In this document: positions 1 through 9,424 of the stretch, piece by piece
Layout of the letters: each line of letters opens with the position of its first letter
Numbering within the stretch: the stretch's first letter is position 1
Source of the DNA: a virus
DNA: 64,000 nt
Strand: one strand, 5' to 3'
IMG/VR virus record: IMGVR_UViG_3300021256_000098
Notes under the pieces: model-generated
The model's input: the letters and a program-made list of their open reading frames with translations, nothing else
What the model was told of the DNA's origin: nothing
Database searches by the model: none
Position numbers and translations under genes: made by a program

Positions 1-117
1 GTCGCGGCTGCTGGGCAGGCGTTCCCGTCCGGCAGAGTCTCCGCGTCGCGGCTGCTGGGCAGGCGTTCCCGTCCGGCAGAGTCTCCGCGTCGCGGCTGCT
101 GGGCAGGCGTTCTCGTA
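1..117. repeat. GC-rich 44-bp direct tandem repeat (unit gtcgcggctgctgggcaggcgttcccgtccggcagagtctccgc), 2.7 copies, truncated by the window edge
   Basis: Units at 1-44 and 45-88 are identical; the third copy degenerates after ~112. Read directly from the sequence. Confidence 0.9.
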
Positions 118-276
118 TAATTACAAGCAACATATTTACTTGCCAAGGTACTAAACAACGTGTTACCGATACTATGAACGATGGTAAACCGTGTCGGAAT
201 CATAGTGCCGCACGTTGAAATGGGCATGGGACTTTTTGAGTAGAAGTCCCACGAGAAACTACATTATTAAAACTTG

Positions 277-1170
277 TTACTTCAGTCCAAGCAGAGCACG
301 AACCTCATGCTCTATGCTATTCAAATCGCCTGCATGGTCGGCACAAAGTGCACGCAATTTAGATACAGTGTCTTTATATGCAGAGAGTGAGAGAGCATCA
401 GCGCGCGCTGTTTCAAGGTCTTTTTCAAGAACCTTGTTAGTTGCCTCCAGGCGCTTTGCCTTAGCGGTTGCGCTCTCTTTCTTTTCGTTGTTGCCTGTCG
501 CCTTCTTTTTGAAGTCGATAGCCTCCAGCCGACGACCGGATAACAGACCTTTCAGCAACCGCATCACACGCGCCGAAAAAGTATCAAACGTGCAAATTTT
601 GCCAGTTGCGCCACGCATCTCCGGGACAATGTAGTCAAGCTCGTTCGCGTCAACGCGGATAGCATGTTTAGCCTGCTTGCTGCCGTTATAGCGAACGGCA
701 AACAGGTCAGACAAGGCGCGGAGGGCGCGTGCGGCAGTTTCGCGATTGCGTGCGATAACATCCGCGTGGAAGTCTAGTACAGTAGCATCGGCGGCGGCAT
801 GGACGGCGTTATCACGCGTTACCGAAAGGATAACTGCGAAAGAATCGTACATTGTACGCAATGCTTGTACAACGTCGGCCGTTGGAGTGTACGCGCCGTT
901 ATCGAACAAGTCAGCGCCTACGTCTGTTAAGTGAATAGTGACCGGGTAGCTTGTCTGCGTCAAGGTCAAAATGTTACCTTCACGCGTGAAGGTGATGCGG
1001 TACGGGTTAACAGTCTTCTCGGCAGATACCTTAGCAGGTTTATCCCCGAACGCCTTAGCCGCGGACGCGCCGTTGTTGAATGCGTCCCACTTGTTCTCGA
1101 TTGCCTTGACTGCATTGTAATGCTTGTTAGCATTCTCCAGCAGTGCCGTTGTTGTCATTTTCTTTGTCAT
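277..1170 (-). CDS. hypothetical phage protein, 297 aa, with a C-terminal coiled-coil/K-E-rich segment
   Basis: Long ORF with an RBS-like AGGAGG-type sequence upstream on the minus strand (ggaggctttaataatg). No recognisable catalytic motif. Flanked on both sides by 44-bp tandem-repeat arrays. Confidence 0.6.
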   Translation of the reverse strand: MTKKMTTTALLENANKHYNAVKAIENKWDAFNNGASAAKAFGDKPAKVSAEKTVNPYRITFTREGNILTLTQTSYPVTIHLTDVGADLFDNGAYTPTADVVQALRTMYDSFAVILSVTRDNAVHAAADATVLDFHADVIARNRETAARALRALSDLFAVRYNGSKQAKHAIRVDANELDYIVPEMRGATGKICTFDTFSARVMRLLKGLLSGRRLEAIDFKKKATGNNEKKESATAKAKRLEATNKVLEKDLETARADALSLSAYKDTVSKLRALCADHAGDLNSIEHEVRALLGLK

Positions 1171-1396
1171 TATTAAAGCCTCCTATTAATGTTTGTGTGT
1201 TATCAATGCGCATTCTTTTTTACATGAGATAGTATAACAGATATTCGTTATATTTGCAATATGTTTTTTCAAAAAAAATGAAAAATTTTTACTTGTAACT
1301 TTTTTGCGGTATAAACAGCGATTTTTAGTGTTTTTAGTGCGGATTAGAAACCGTTTTTCGCAAACGCTTTAGCGTATTAAAGTAAATCAATGATCG

Positions 1397-1556
1397 CAGC
1401 GCGACAGACAGACAGTGCCGCCAGCGCGCAGAGCAACGCGCAGCGCGACAGACAGACAGTGCCGCCAGCGCGCAGAGCAACGCGCAGCGCGACAGACAGA
1501 CAGTGCCGCCAGCGCGCAGAGCAACGCGCAGCGCGACAGACAGCGCGCAGAACGGC
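1397..1556. repeat. GC-rich 44-bp direct tandem repeat (unit cagcgcgacagacagacagtgccgccagcgcgcagagcaacgcg), ~3.6 copies
   Basis: Three perfect units at 1397-1440, 1441-1484 and 1485-1528, then a degenerate partial unit. The sequence differs from the 1-117 array but has the same period. Confidence 0.9.
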
Positions 1557-1699
1557 AGTAGAAATATTTGATTTTTTGTGCTATAATGAACGGGTACATT
1601 ATATAGCAACGAAAAAGTATATCAATATGCGATTAAGCAACGCGGTTTACCGCGCGTCGGATGCCCGTTTACGGAATGCTTATTAAAGCATAAAAAACG

Positions 1700-3000
1700 A
1701 TAGCAAATTGACTATAACGCAAAAAGCTATAAAGGCTATTTTTTTGCTATATTGCATCCGGGAAAGTACAAGCATTTTAGTATAGAAGTTAGCAAGTGTT
1801 AACACGGATTTAGTTAGCAAGTAGGGATAAAATGCAAGTAGAATTAAATTGCTAATAAAGAAAGAATTGTTAGCAAAACATGAACGATTAAAAATATTTG
1901 TGCGGTTTTGCTAGTAAAAATGTTATTGATTTTTAATGGTTTGTATTGTGAAATATTTTATATTTTCAAGCATAAATAGAATATTATCACATATTGTTAG
2001 TTAAATAGTATAGTGTTATATTATTATGATATACAATGTATAGTGTACAATTTGATACAAATATACATTGTATAGTTAGTATATAGTATGTATGTAGTAT
2101 GTTAGGAAGATACAAAGTATACAGTTGATAGTAACATACATTAAAGTATTAAAGAATAGTTGTTTTTCAGGCGGGAACGGCAGGCAGATTGCAGAGGTAG
2201 GAAGGCACGGCAGCCACGCAGGGAAGACGAGTTGCCGTCATTGAGAAGCAATCGGAAATTGTATCAGATAATACATATTTCAAGCGTTATTTGCATGATA
2301 AAACAGAAAATATTGTACTTTTTTTGTGTTTAGAATGTAAAAATAAAGGAAAATGTATTGTTTTTTGTACTTTTTTTAATGTTTAGATAATGTTTTATAG
2401 AGTAAGCAGCCGCTAACTTTTTAGTGAAAATGTTGCAATAATAATACAGGAAAACGGCTGTATTTGTAAAATTTGACCAAAACGAAAAATTTTGCATGGG
2501 GACAGAATTTTGAGAAAAAGGGTTTTTTTGAACTTTTCAGCCACTAAAACGGCGATTTTATATCAATAGGGGCATAATTTACAACTATATACGCATAATT
2601 TACTTCTCATTCCGGCTAGTTCATAATTTAATCTATTCAAACTTTTCATCCATCTAATCTCAAAAAACCATAAAAAACAAACCATTTTTTGTACTTTTAC
2701 AAACATTTTCACTCTATTTTCTTAAAATTTCACACAAAATTTTTTACTTTTTTCTAACAATTTCCCACAAAAATCTAAAAATTTTTCAGTAAATCCGTAA
2801 AATTTTCCACCAAACTTTTTCAAAAAATCTAAAAACTACACCCTTTTTAACATTTCAGCGAACAATTTTTTAAGTTCCAAGTTCTTTTTCCTTATCGTTA
2901 CTGGAAACATTTACAATAAAACCCCTCCCTCTTTTATGAGATATAAAATGTTTTTAATTTTACTTACTTGTAAACCTGCAAATATTATGTTATAATTAAC
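1700..3000. other. 1.3-kb AT-rich region with no ORFs. It carries short repeated motifs (TTAGCAAGT x3-4 at 1789-1880, ACAWTGTATAGT repeats at 2030-2080, AAAATCTAAAAA at 2773/2826) and a GC-rich 90-bp island at 2160-2250. Candidate origin or lysogeny-control/ncRNA region.
   Basis: No ORF of 60 aa or more on either strand. Very low GC. Repeats identified by reading the sequence. Confidence 0.4.
2968..2996 (+). promoter_or_regulatory. sigma-A type promoter: TTGTAA, 17-bp spacer, TGtTATAAT (extended -10)
   Basis: -35 at 2968-2973 and -10 at 2991-2996, with a 17-bp spacer, ~20 bp upstream of the helicase RBS/ATG at 3019. Confidence 0.6.
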
Positions 3001-3018
3001 ATCAAAACCTGCGAGGAG

Positions 3019-4590
3019 ATGGTAAAGATATTACCATTACAAAATATAAGTCAACTTAACGACGGCTCTCTTCCGGCGAATCTGAATGCTCGTACCACTA
3101 AAGTTTCGATGATACTCTCCGTCGAGAGCATACTCTCTATGCCAGAGAACAGTTCTCTCTTTTTACTGGTAGGCACAGGAGGGGGAAAAAGTCACTTTGC
3201 ATCTACTACACTATACGAGGTAGCTGAAAGGCTGCAAACGAGGGTGCTGATATTAGAGAACCGTATACGAACAAAGGAGCAGATGCAGTACGACATTACA
3301 CAAGCTGACAGTTCGGATCGTATATCGGTTCTTAGCTATCAGGCTTACGAGTTTTTGAAATCACGAGGTGAGACATTAGATTTCTCTAAGTACGGTTTAA
3401 TCGTATGTGATGAGTTTCAACACATTGTAATGGATGCACCATTACCAAAGGCTTACCGTACATACGATATCGTAGAGGATATAATGAAACTCTCTGTTCG
3501 TAGATTTTTTATGAGTGCAACGCCAGCGGGGTTAGTGCCACATTTACAGCAGTTGCACAATGAAGCCTCTATCCCCTACTACACTTTATCGTTAGATATG
3601 GATTATAGTAGAATATATTTACGTCCATTTTACAGGTTGAATGATATTCCACATATAATAAGTAAAGCTCTATCAGAAAAGAAAAAGATTATAATTTTTT
3701 CACGAGATTTACAACAAGCGAAAGAACTTTATAAAATGTACAAAACAAATAAAAATTCAAATATTATGTTTATTTGTTCTAAAAGTGCAAAGTTTTGTTA
3801 TACACGTTTAATGGATGACAAGCTAGTTAATATGTTGATCGAAACAAAACGTATTCCGGATGGAATAGATATTATTGTTACCAGTACAGTATTAGATGTA
3901 GGCATTAGCATTGTAGATCCCAAACTAACGTATGTAGTTACGATGCTCACAGACATTGAACAAAGTATTCAATGTTTAGGCCGTAAGAGGTTAGTTGGGG
4001 ATGAAGAGGTTCAATTTTACGTTCAGAATGTAAGTGAAGGCAAGTTGAGGCAAGAATTAACCACTATACAAAAACGGTATGAGGCTTACCGTATTTATAG
4101 AGATCGAGGGATTGCGGCAATGCTTATACATATTGGTGGCGTATCGCTTGATTATTATAATATGATAGTCTATCCGGACAATGATACGATACGCTGTCAA
4201 CCAATTATGGGTAGAGTATTATATGATGAGTACCGCATGGCTGCCATTACAGAAATTTTAGAGAGTAAACGCAGGTTGGTAGATGTAATGGCTGCGAAGT
4301 ATCACTTTAATCAAACAGACATGCAGCAGCCGGTCTTACCAACTCACATTACTCGTGAAGCTGTACTAGCTGACTATGTAGGGATTCCATTATTAAATAT
4401 GACTGAACGGCAACCGTTCATCCGAGCATTGGGATTGAGAGGTATTGATCGTCATTTAATAAGTAGTCGCAAAAAGATTAACACTGTACTAAAGGATGAA
4501 GGTTTGCCGTATGAAATTCATGAGTACCGTAAAATGATCGGGGGGGTTGATTATCAACGAGTATGGGAAGTAGTTAAAGCAAACGGGTAA
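3019..4590 (+). CDS. superfamily-2 (DEAD/DEAH-box type) helicase
   Basis: Walker A GTGGGKS, DExH-like box LIVCDEFQH and SAT motif (FFMSATP), in order. 523 aa. Confidence 0.7.
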   Translation: MVKILPLQNISQLNDGSLPANLNARTTKVSMILSVESILSMPENSSLFLLVGTGGGKSHFASTTLYEVAERLQTRVLILENRIRTKEQMQYDITQADSSDRISVLSYQAYEFLKSRGETLDFSKYGLIVCDEFQHIVMDAPLPKAYRTYDIVEDIMKLSVRRFFMSATPAGLVPHLQQLHNEASIPYYTLSLDMDYSRIYLRPFYRLNDIPHIISKALSEKKKIIIFSRDLQQAKELYKMYKTNKNSNIMFICSKSAKFCYTRLMDDKLVNMLIETKRIPDGIDIIVTSTVLDVGISIVDPKLTYVVTMLTDIEQSIQCLGRKRLVGDEEVQFYVQNVSEGKLRQELTTIQKRYEAYRIYRDRGIAAMLIHIGGVSLDYYNMIVYPDNDTIRCQPIMGRVLYDEYRMAAITEILESKRRLVDVMAAKYHFNQTDMQQPVLPTHITREAVLADYVGIPLLNMTERQPFIRALGLRGIDRHLISSRKKINTVLKDEGLPYEIHEYRKMIGGVDYQRVWEVVKANG

Positions 4591-4941
4591 AACCCCCCCA
4601 TGTTGCGGGAATTTATAACGGAATGCTTATAGTATAAATAAAAAATAACTACCTTAATTTATACTAAACCATACCTGTTCATTATCCACCGCGACTTGGT
4701 TCGGGGATACCACCCCCATACTTATGTCTTACAACAAAGTAGATCAATTAAAAAACGAGAAAGCAAATCAACAATACATTATCGTAACAGCAATGGGGTG
4801 TTGTAGTTGTTTGTTTATGGTCTACCTCTACTCATAACTAAAGCACCTAGGCTTTCCACTCATTTCTCTAAAAAAACTATTGTATACGATGATGTGATAT
4901 AGTTAATTCAATTCTTAAAGGAAAAATGAGGTGATTATATT

Positions 4942-5385
4942 ATGTATTCGGCATTTGAAGTAGCAAAGTACATCATATGGTACTGTACCAAAGAGAATCA
5001 TATAGTAAGCAATCTTAAATTGCAAAAAATTTTATACTTTGTACAAGCTGAATTTTTGGTTGCACGTAATACCCCATGCTTTAACGAAAAAATTGAGGCG
5101 TGGACTTTTGGGCCAGTTGTTCCTGATGTTTATTATAAATATCGAGCATTTGGAAATGCACATATTCCTTGTGTAGATATGACGGATTCGTACAATATTA
5201 CACATGAAGATAGATTACTCATCAACGGTATTATTGATGCTTGTGCGCCTTACACAGCTCCGCAATTAACGGAAATTACACGAAATCAATCTCCATGGTT
5301 AAAAGCATATCACACAAACAAATCTTGTATAATTTCTGAAACATCTATCCATGAATTTTTCAAAAAAGAGGAAAGCGATCTATGA
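4942..5385 (+). CDS. Panacea-domain (DUF4065, SocA/PanA-like) antitoxin-type protein
   Basis: 147 aa with the LKLQKILYF...AW.FGPVVPDVY pattern typical of DUF4065. RBS GAGGTGA upstream. Confidence 0.55.
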   Translation: MYSAFEVAKYIIWYCTKENHIVSNLKLQKILYFVQAEFLVARNTPCFNEKIEAWTFGPVVPDVYYKYRAFGNAHIPCVDMTDSYNITHEDRLLINGIIDACAPYTAPQLTEITRNQSPWLKAYHTNKSCIISETSIHEFFKKEESDL

Positions 5386-5570
5386 ACATACGCACTCAAT
5401 CCGGTATAAAAATCTACTGTCTTCCTAGCAGCGCTCTATGCAAATGTACAAGGAAATCTCCAGAACATATGAATGAATGTCCGATTTGCAATTTTGACTA
5501 CTTCGGCATGGAATGCGTCCCTGAATTATGTGATAAATACGAGGAAAATGAAACATCTGTAGAAGAATAA
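5382..5570 (+). CDS. small Cys-rich protein (62 aa) overlapping the upstream gene by ATGA; possible cognate toxin or zinc-binding partner
   Basis: Start overlaps the stop of the Panacea gene, giving translational coupling. Contains CxxC-like pairs. Confidence 0.4.
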   Translation: MNIRTQSGIKIYCLPSSALCKCTRKSPEHMNECPICNFDYFGMECVPELCDKYEENETSVEE

Positions 5571-5759
5571 AAAAATCCCATATTATAAATAAGTACGAAA
5601 TCCTTACGCGAACATAAGAAAAGGAATATTCATAAATAAAACCCTTTCGTTTGTCGTAGGTGGAGTCGCAAGTCACGTACCTTTAGGTGCGTGGTAGTTG
5701 ACTATGATGTAAAATCAAGAAATAGGTGTAATTCTAACTCAAGTATTTAATTATTTTAA

Positions 5760-5788
5760 TTGACATTTCTTCCATCTTATGTTATAAT
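5760..5788 (+). promoter_or_regulatory. consensus sigma-A promoter TTGACA, 17 bp, TGtTATAAT
   Basis: Perfect -35 at 5760-5765 and perfect -10 at 5783-5788 with TG at -15/-14. It precedes the early operon that starts at 5842. Confidence 0.7.
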
Positions 5789-5841
5789 ATAAACAGTATG
5801 GATATACAATCTTTTAATCGTTCTGAAAGGAGTGTTTAATC

Positions 5842-6228
5842 ATGTTACTTAATCCCAATGTAGATGTCGAGCCGACAAGTATGTGCAATCGTGATGTTGT
5901 CTGGGACTGTGTCGATATCTTGTCGTGTATTGGCCCGGTGGTTCAGGATTGTATGCAGTCTCCAGTAGTAAGCAATAGCACTGTGTATAATGCGTTAGAA
6001 GCTATGCGGATCACGGAACTGCTCTTTATTAAAGGTTATTTAGCGGGGAAAGAGGGCAGCGACGAATTTAGTGATATTTATAAAGTTCATAGTAAGATTG
6101 TCCAGATGGCGCATGAGTTAAGTCCGATTGCGGGAGCGCGGCTGAAGACAGCTTATAGTTATCTTGATGACGTAGTTCAGCGTGCTTCTGTCTCTGAGGA
6201 ATTATCTTCCGATGATGATAAGGTGTGA
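5842..6228 (+). CDS. hypothetical early protein (128 aa)
   Basis: ORF with RBS (aaaggagtg) downstream of the consensus promoter. Confidence 0.5.
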   Translation: MLLNPNVDVEPTSMCNRDVVWDCVDILSCIGPVVQDCMQSPVVSNSTVYNALEAMRITELLFIKGYLAGKEGSDEFSDIYKVHSKIVQMAHELSPIAGARLKTAYSYLDDVVQRASVSEELSSDDDKV

Positions 6229-6539
6229 TTATGAGTGGTAGAGCAACAAGGTTTGAAGCCCAAATTATAGACCCAACCCTACCTCTTAATGGACGTAAGG
6301 TTGAAGTTCTTCAATGTGATTGGGATCCTGATTTTTTATTGCTGTGTGGTTGGAATCTTATAGATGATAGAGAGGCTATGCTGACTTCGTGGCAAGTCGA
6401 AAAGGAATCTGACGTGTGTCATTATAATACATTGGAAGAATTTATCAAAGCGTGGAATAATTGGGAATTACCGCCATTCGTTCTTCTCAGACCTGAACAA
6501 GTGGAAATTTGTCAGGAGTTAGGACATGTAGATATGTAG
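6225..6539 (+). CDS. hypothetical early protein (104 aa)
   Basis: Start overlaps the preceding stop (ATGA), indicating operon structure. Confidence 0.5.
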   Translation: MIMSGRATRFEAQIIDPTLPLNGRKVEVLQCDWDPDFLLLCGWNLIDDREAMLTSWQVEKESDVCHYNTLEEFIKAWNNWELPPFVLLRPEQVEICQELGHVDM

Positions 6540-6582
6540 ACGGCAATTCTTTTAGCGAAATTTTAACACTAAGGAGATAGAT

Positions 6583-7188
6583 ATGGGTAAACTAACAATT
6601 GATGACTTTGTAAAAGCAATTAAACTCTGCATGTCGACTAAAGTAGAGGGTTGTAGTGGATGCCCCGCTGTGTATGTAGAGGATGATTGTCTGCAAATCA
6701 ATGAGATTGTTGCACCGATCGTAACTGCAAGAGTACGCGCGAAACGTCTTGAACGTGACCTTAAAGTGGCAAAAGCAGAAATTACTTTATTAAAAGGTGC
6801 AATGAAAACAATGACTGACCAGCCCGAAAAGGACACCCGGAAAACAAGTTCTACTCCCCGCAACCAGAATGAAGAAGATTTAGAACGCTGGCACCTGATT
6901 GGTGCAAAAGCTCTTAACGATTTGTTATGTTTGCACATGATTGTCGAATATGGAGCACCATTAACCGGTTGTGTTATCAGCGAGTTAGAAAATAGCATGG
7001 ATGTTTGTTTTGGCGTTTTAGCGAAAGTAGCTACTGCGTGTGAGTATCCTACTATTGGTGAATTTATGATTCGGGCTGCATTGATCTTAGATAAAAGATC
7101 GGCAGACCCCAGTAAACGAAAATATATTAACGAAACTTTAGTTGTATTGTTGATGAGAGGAGATGGATCGCATGAGTCTATTTGGTAA
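6583..7188 (+). CDS. hypothetical protein (201 aa)
   Basis: RBS aaggaga 8 nt upstream. Same strand as the operon, so preferred over the antisense ORF 6552-7214. Confidence 0.5.
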   Translation: MGKLTIDDFVKAIKLCMSTKVEGCSGCPAVYVEDDCLQINEIVAPIVTARVRAKRLERDLKVAKAEITLLKGAMKTMTDQPEKDTRKTSSTPRNQNEEDLERWHLIGAKALNDLLCLHMIVEYGAPLTGCVISELENSMDVCFGVLAKVATACEYPTIGEFMIRAALILDKRSADPSKRKYINETLVVLLMRGDGSHESIW

Positions 7189-7546
7189 GAAAGAACGTGA
7201 CGAAATGTTAGCAAAAACTGCTCACACAGTTGCTATTCGTGTTATGGATATTGCTAATCTTGCAAATATTATTTCACAGTTACATGATATTCACGGTGAA
7301 TATGTTTTAGTGAGTGATATTGTAGATGGTGTAAATGAAACAATTGACAATGCGTTCTTACATATTGCTCTAACCTCTGGCATAGTTAAGCACGATTTAA
7401 TTCAGTTGGTATTACATACAGCCGAGCGACTTGATGAATCTGCTGCAAAGTCTGGCAAAAAAACTGATATGTATAATGTTGTTCGCGATTATCTCTCCCC
7501 TGATGTAGAGGCTCATATTATAGAGATGTTTGTTGATGAAGAATAA
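7163..7546 (+). CDS. hypothetical protein (127 aa)
   Basis: Overlapping operon gene. Confidence 0.45.
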   Translation: MDRMSLFGKKERDEMLAKTAHTVAIRVMDIANLANIISQLHDIHGEYVLVSDIVDGVNETIDNAFLHIALTSGIVKHDLIQLVLHTAERLDESAAKSGKKTDMYNVVRDYLSPDVEAHIIEMFVDEE

Positions 7547-7955
7547 AATAGTCAAAGACACCTCTCCAGTCGATCTCAACCGTCATGTTGCTCTTATTCA
7601 AATTCGCGATTTCTTAAACTTCTTGCGTGATGCCGAGTATGAGTTTATCGCTGCAACAGGTATAATTGAATTAAAAGAGAGTGAACAACAAGATATCGAG
7701 CATTACTTAGAACTACACGATGTTTGTCCCAGTGATTTAGAGAAATTAAGTGCAGCTCTAACTCAGATTCGCAGAGAGCGGCGCGAAGCAAAGAATTGTG
7801 TTGAACTACTTGCGCCGATTCAGAATTGGTATAATGATAACCAAAAGATGATTTCTAGCTTGAAACATTTATTAGATGATGTATCTGCTATTGAATGTAA
7901 ACAGCAACATAGAAACTATGTAGATCGAACGGATGTTATCAGACGCACCTTATGA
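7530..7955 (+). CDS. hypothetical protein (141 aa)
   Basis: Overlapping operon gene. Confidence 0.45.
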   Translation: MLMKNKIVKDTSPVDLNRHVALIQIRDFLNFLRDAEYEFIAATGIIELKESEQQDIEHYLELHDVCPSDLEKLSAALTQIRRERREAKNCVELLAPIQNWYNDNQKMISSLKHLLDDVSAIECKQQHRNYVDRTDVIRRTL

Positions 7956-8022
7956 TTTGCAAAAGTGGTTTTAACAAATGTATTTAACGAATAAATATAT
8001 TGTTTTGGAGGTGGAATGATTT

Positions 8023-8355
8023 ATGACTACCATGATTCATCTGAAAACGGGCGAAGTTATCCCATGTTTTGGGGATGAGGAAATTCAATTGAGACGCATT
8101 ATTGAAGAAAGGCTTGGCGACGATGCAGCGAAGACATTTGATGATGTAATAGATCAATGTTGTCATAGCAATAAGGATGACGAATTCTTACTTGATGATA
8201 TTGAACGTTTACAAAACCAACGCGAAGAAATCAGAGACGCATTAGAAGATGCGTGCCAGACATTACATGAAACTGCAACTATGTTCCGGTTAGAGAATGA
8301 GATTGATGCGGATTATATTGAGGAGCAGGCGATGATATTGTCCCAGTTGTGTTGA
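8023..8355 (+). CDS. hypothetical acidic protein (110 aa)
   Basis: ORF with an RBS ggaggtg upstream. Confidence 0.45.
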   Translation: MTTMIHLKTGEVIPCFGDEEIQLRRIIEERLGDDAAKTFDDVIDQCCHSNKDDEFLLDDIERLQNQREEIRDALEDACQTLHETATMFRLENEIDADYIEEQAMILSQLC

Positions 8356-8370
8356 TAGGGAGTGACTGAA

Positions 8371-8532
8371 ATGTGGTTTGTCTTTCTTGTATCTATGATT
8401 GCTATTAGTTTGGTAAGTTCACTTTTGGTTTTATTTATCAACGCGGTAGCCAATAAGATTCACAAAGATAATATCCGAGCAGAAAAAGAACTAGAAGAAT
8501 ATCGTACAAAGGAGCACTACAAAGATGAGTAA
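8371..8532 (+). CDS. 53-aa single-pass membrane micro-protein, not in the ORF track (under 60 aa); possible NfeD-like partner of the SPFH protein
   Basis: ATG at 8371 preceded by agggag. Hydrophobic N-terminal helix. Overlaps the start of the SPFH gene by 8 nt. Confidence 0.45.
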   Translation: MWFVFLVSMIAISLVSSLLVLFINAVANKIHKDNIRAEKELEEYRTKEHYKDE

Positions 8533-9397
8533 GAAACTTATTGCTGTTATTATTGTTCTAATTGGAATTATTGGTGGTGTTTACACTGTCTTATCTTTAG
8601 AACACGTTGGTCAAGGTGAAGTTGGTGTTGTATATCGCATGAAGGACGGTGTACAAGATGAGACGCTTGCGCCAGGATTTCACTTCATCTCCCCCACTAG
8701 CAAAGTAAAGACGTACCCTATTGCTCAACAGCAACTTGTATTGAGTAATAATCCCTCTGATTACAATACTGATTCTCATGCGGATTGGCATGTCGATGCA
8801 CCCGCTAATGGCGGTATGGTAAAACTCAATATGACGATCAATTATAACTTCTTACCTGACCGTGTAGTAGAACTCTATGAAAAGTTCAACGGCATGGACG
8901 GCGATCAAATCATGGATAGTATGGTACAGAATAGTGCTATCGCTTACATCAAAGAAGTTACGCCGCAATTCACCGTAATGGATATTTATAGTGATAAACG
9001 GTCTGAGGTAAGCAAAGCAATTACTCAGTATCTTGATTCTAAATTGACGGACGAGTACGGTATCAATATTTCTTCTGCTCTTATTATTGATGTACAACTT
9101 GATAAGACATTACAAGAAAAGGTACAGGCAAAAGAACAGGCTAAACAGGATGCAGAAAAAGCTGAATTGGATAAACAGACAGCTATTGCACAGGGTGAAG
9201 CAAATAAAGCAAAGGCAGAAGCGGCTGCGGCGGTTACTATTACAAATGCGCAAGCGGAAGCTAAAGCAAACCAGATTATTTCCGCTTCTATCACTGATAA
9301 GTTAATTGCAATGAAGGAAGCAGAAGCCCGGCAGAAGTTTGGTTGGATTACTGTACAAGGAGCCAATACAGTTGTTACTACAGATGAAGATCAGTAA
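8525..9397 (+). CDS. SPFH/band-7 (prohibitin/HflKC-like) membrane protein
   Basis: N-terminal TM helix, a VGVVYRM...PGFHFISP core, and a C-terminal Ala/Lys/Glu-rich coiled-coil typical of SPFH proteins. Confidence 0.7.
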   Translation: MSKKLIAVIIVLIGIIGGVYTVLSLEHVGQGEVGVVYRMKDGVQDETLAPGFHFISPTSKVKTYPIAQQQLVLSNNPSDYNTDSHADWHVDAPANGGMVKLNMTINYNFLPDRVVELYEKFNGMDGDQIMDSMVQNSAIAYIKEVTPQFTVMDIYSDKRSEVSKAITQYLDSKLTDEYGINISSALIIDVQLDKTLQEKVQAKEQAKQDAEKAELDKQTAIAQGEANKAKAEAAAAVTITNAQAEAKANQIISASITDKLIAMKEAEARQKFGWITVQGANTVVTTDEDQ

Positions 9398-9424
9398 TGC
9401 TAATATTTGTTTTGAGGTGATTTG

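Noticed and set aside
1334-1686. ORFs 1390-1686 (+), 1334-1609 (-) and 1387-1599 (-) with Arg/Ala-rich translations
   Set aside because: They simply read through the GC-rich 44-bp tandem repeat. The repetitive, low-complexity translation in all frames is an artefact.
4600-4940. Possible tRNA in the helicase-Panacea intergenic region (ggttcgggg segment)
   Set aside because: There is no canonical T-loop (GTTCRANYC) or acceptor-stem pairing, and a cloverleaf cannot be drawn. A near-DnaA-box ttatccacc at 4682 was noted, but a single copy is not meaningful.
6552-7214. 220-aa minus-strand ORF overlapping gene 6583-7188
   Set aside because: The plus-strand ORF has an RBS and lies in a co-directional operon. 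The minus ORF lacks initiation signals.
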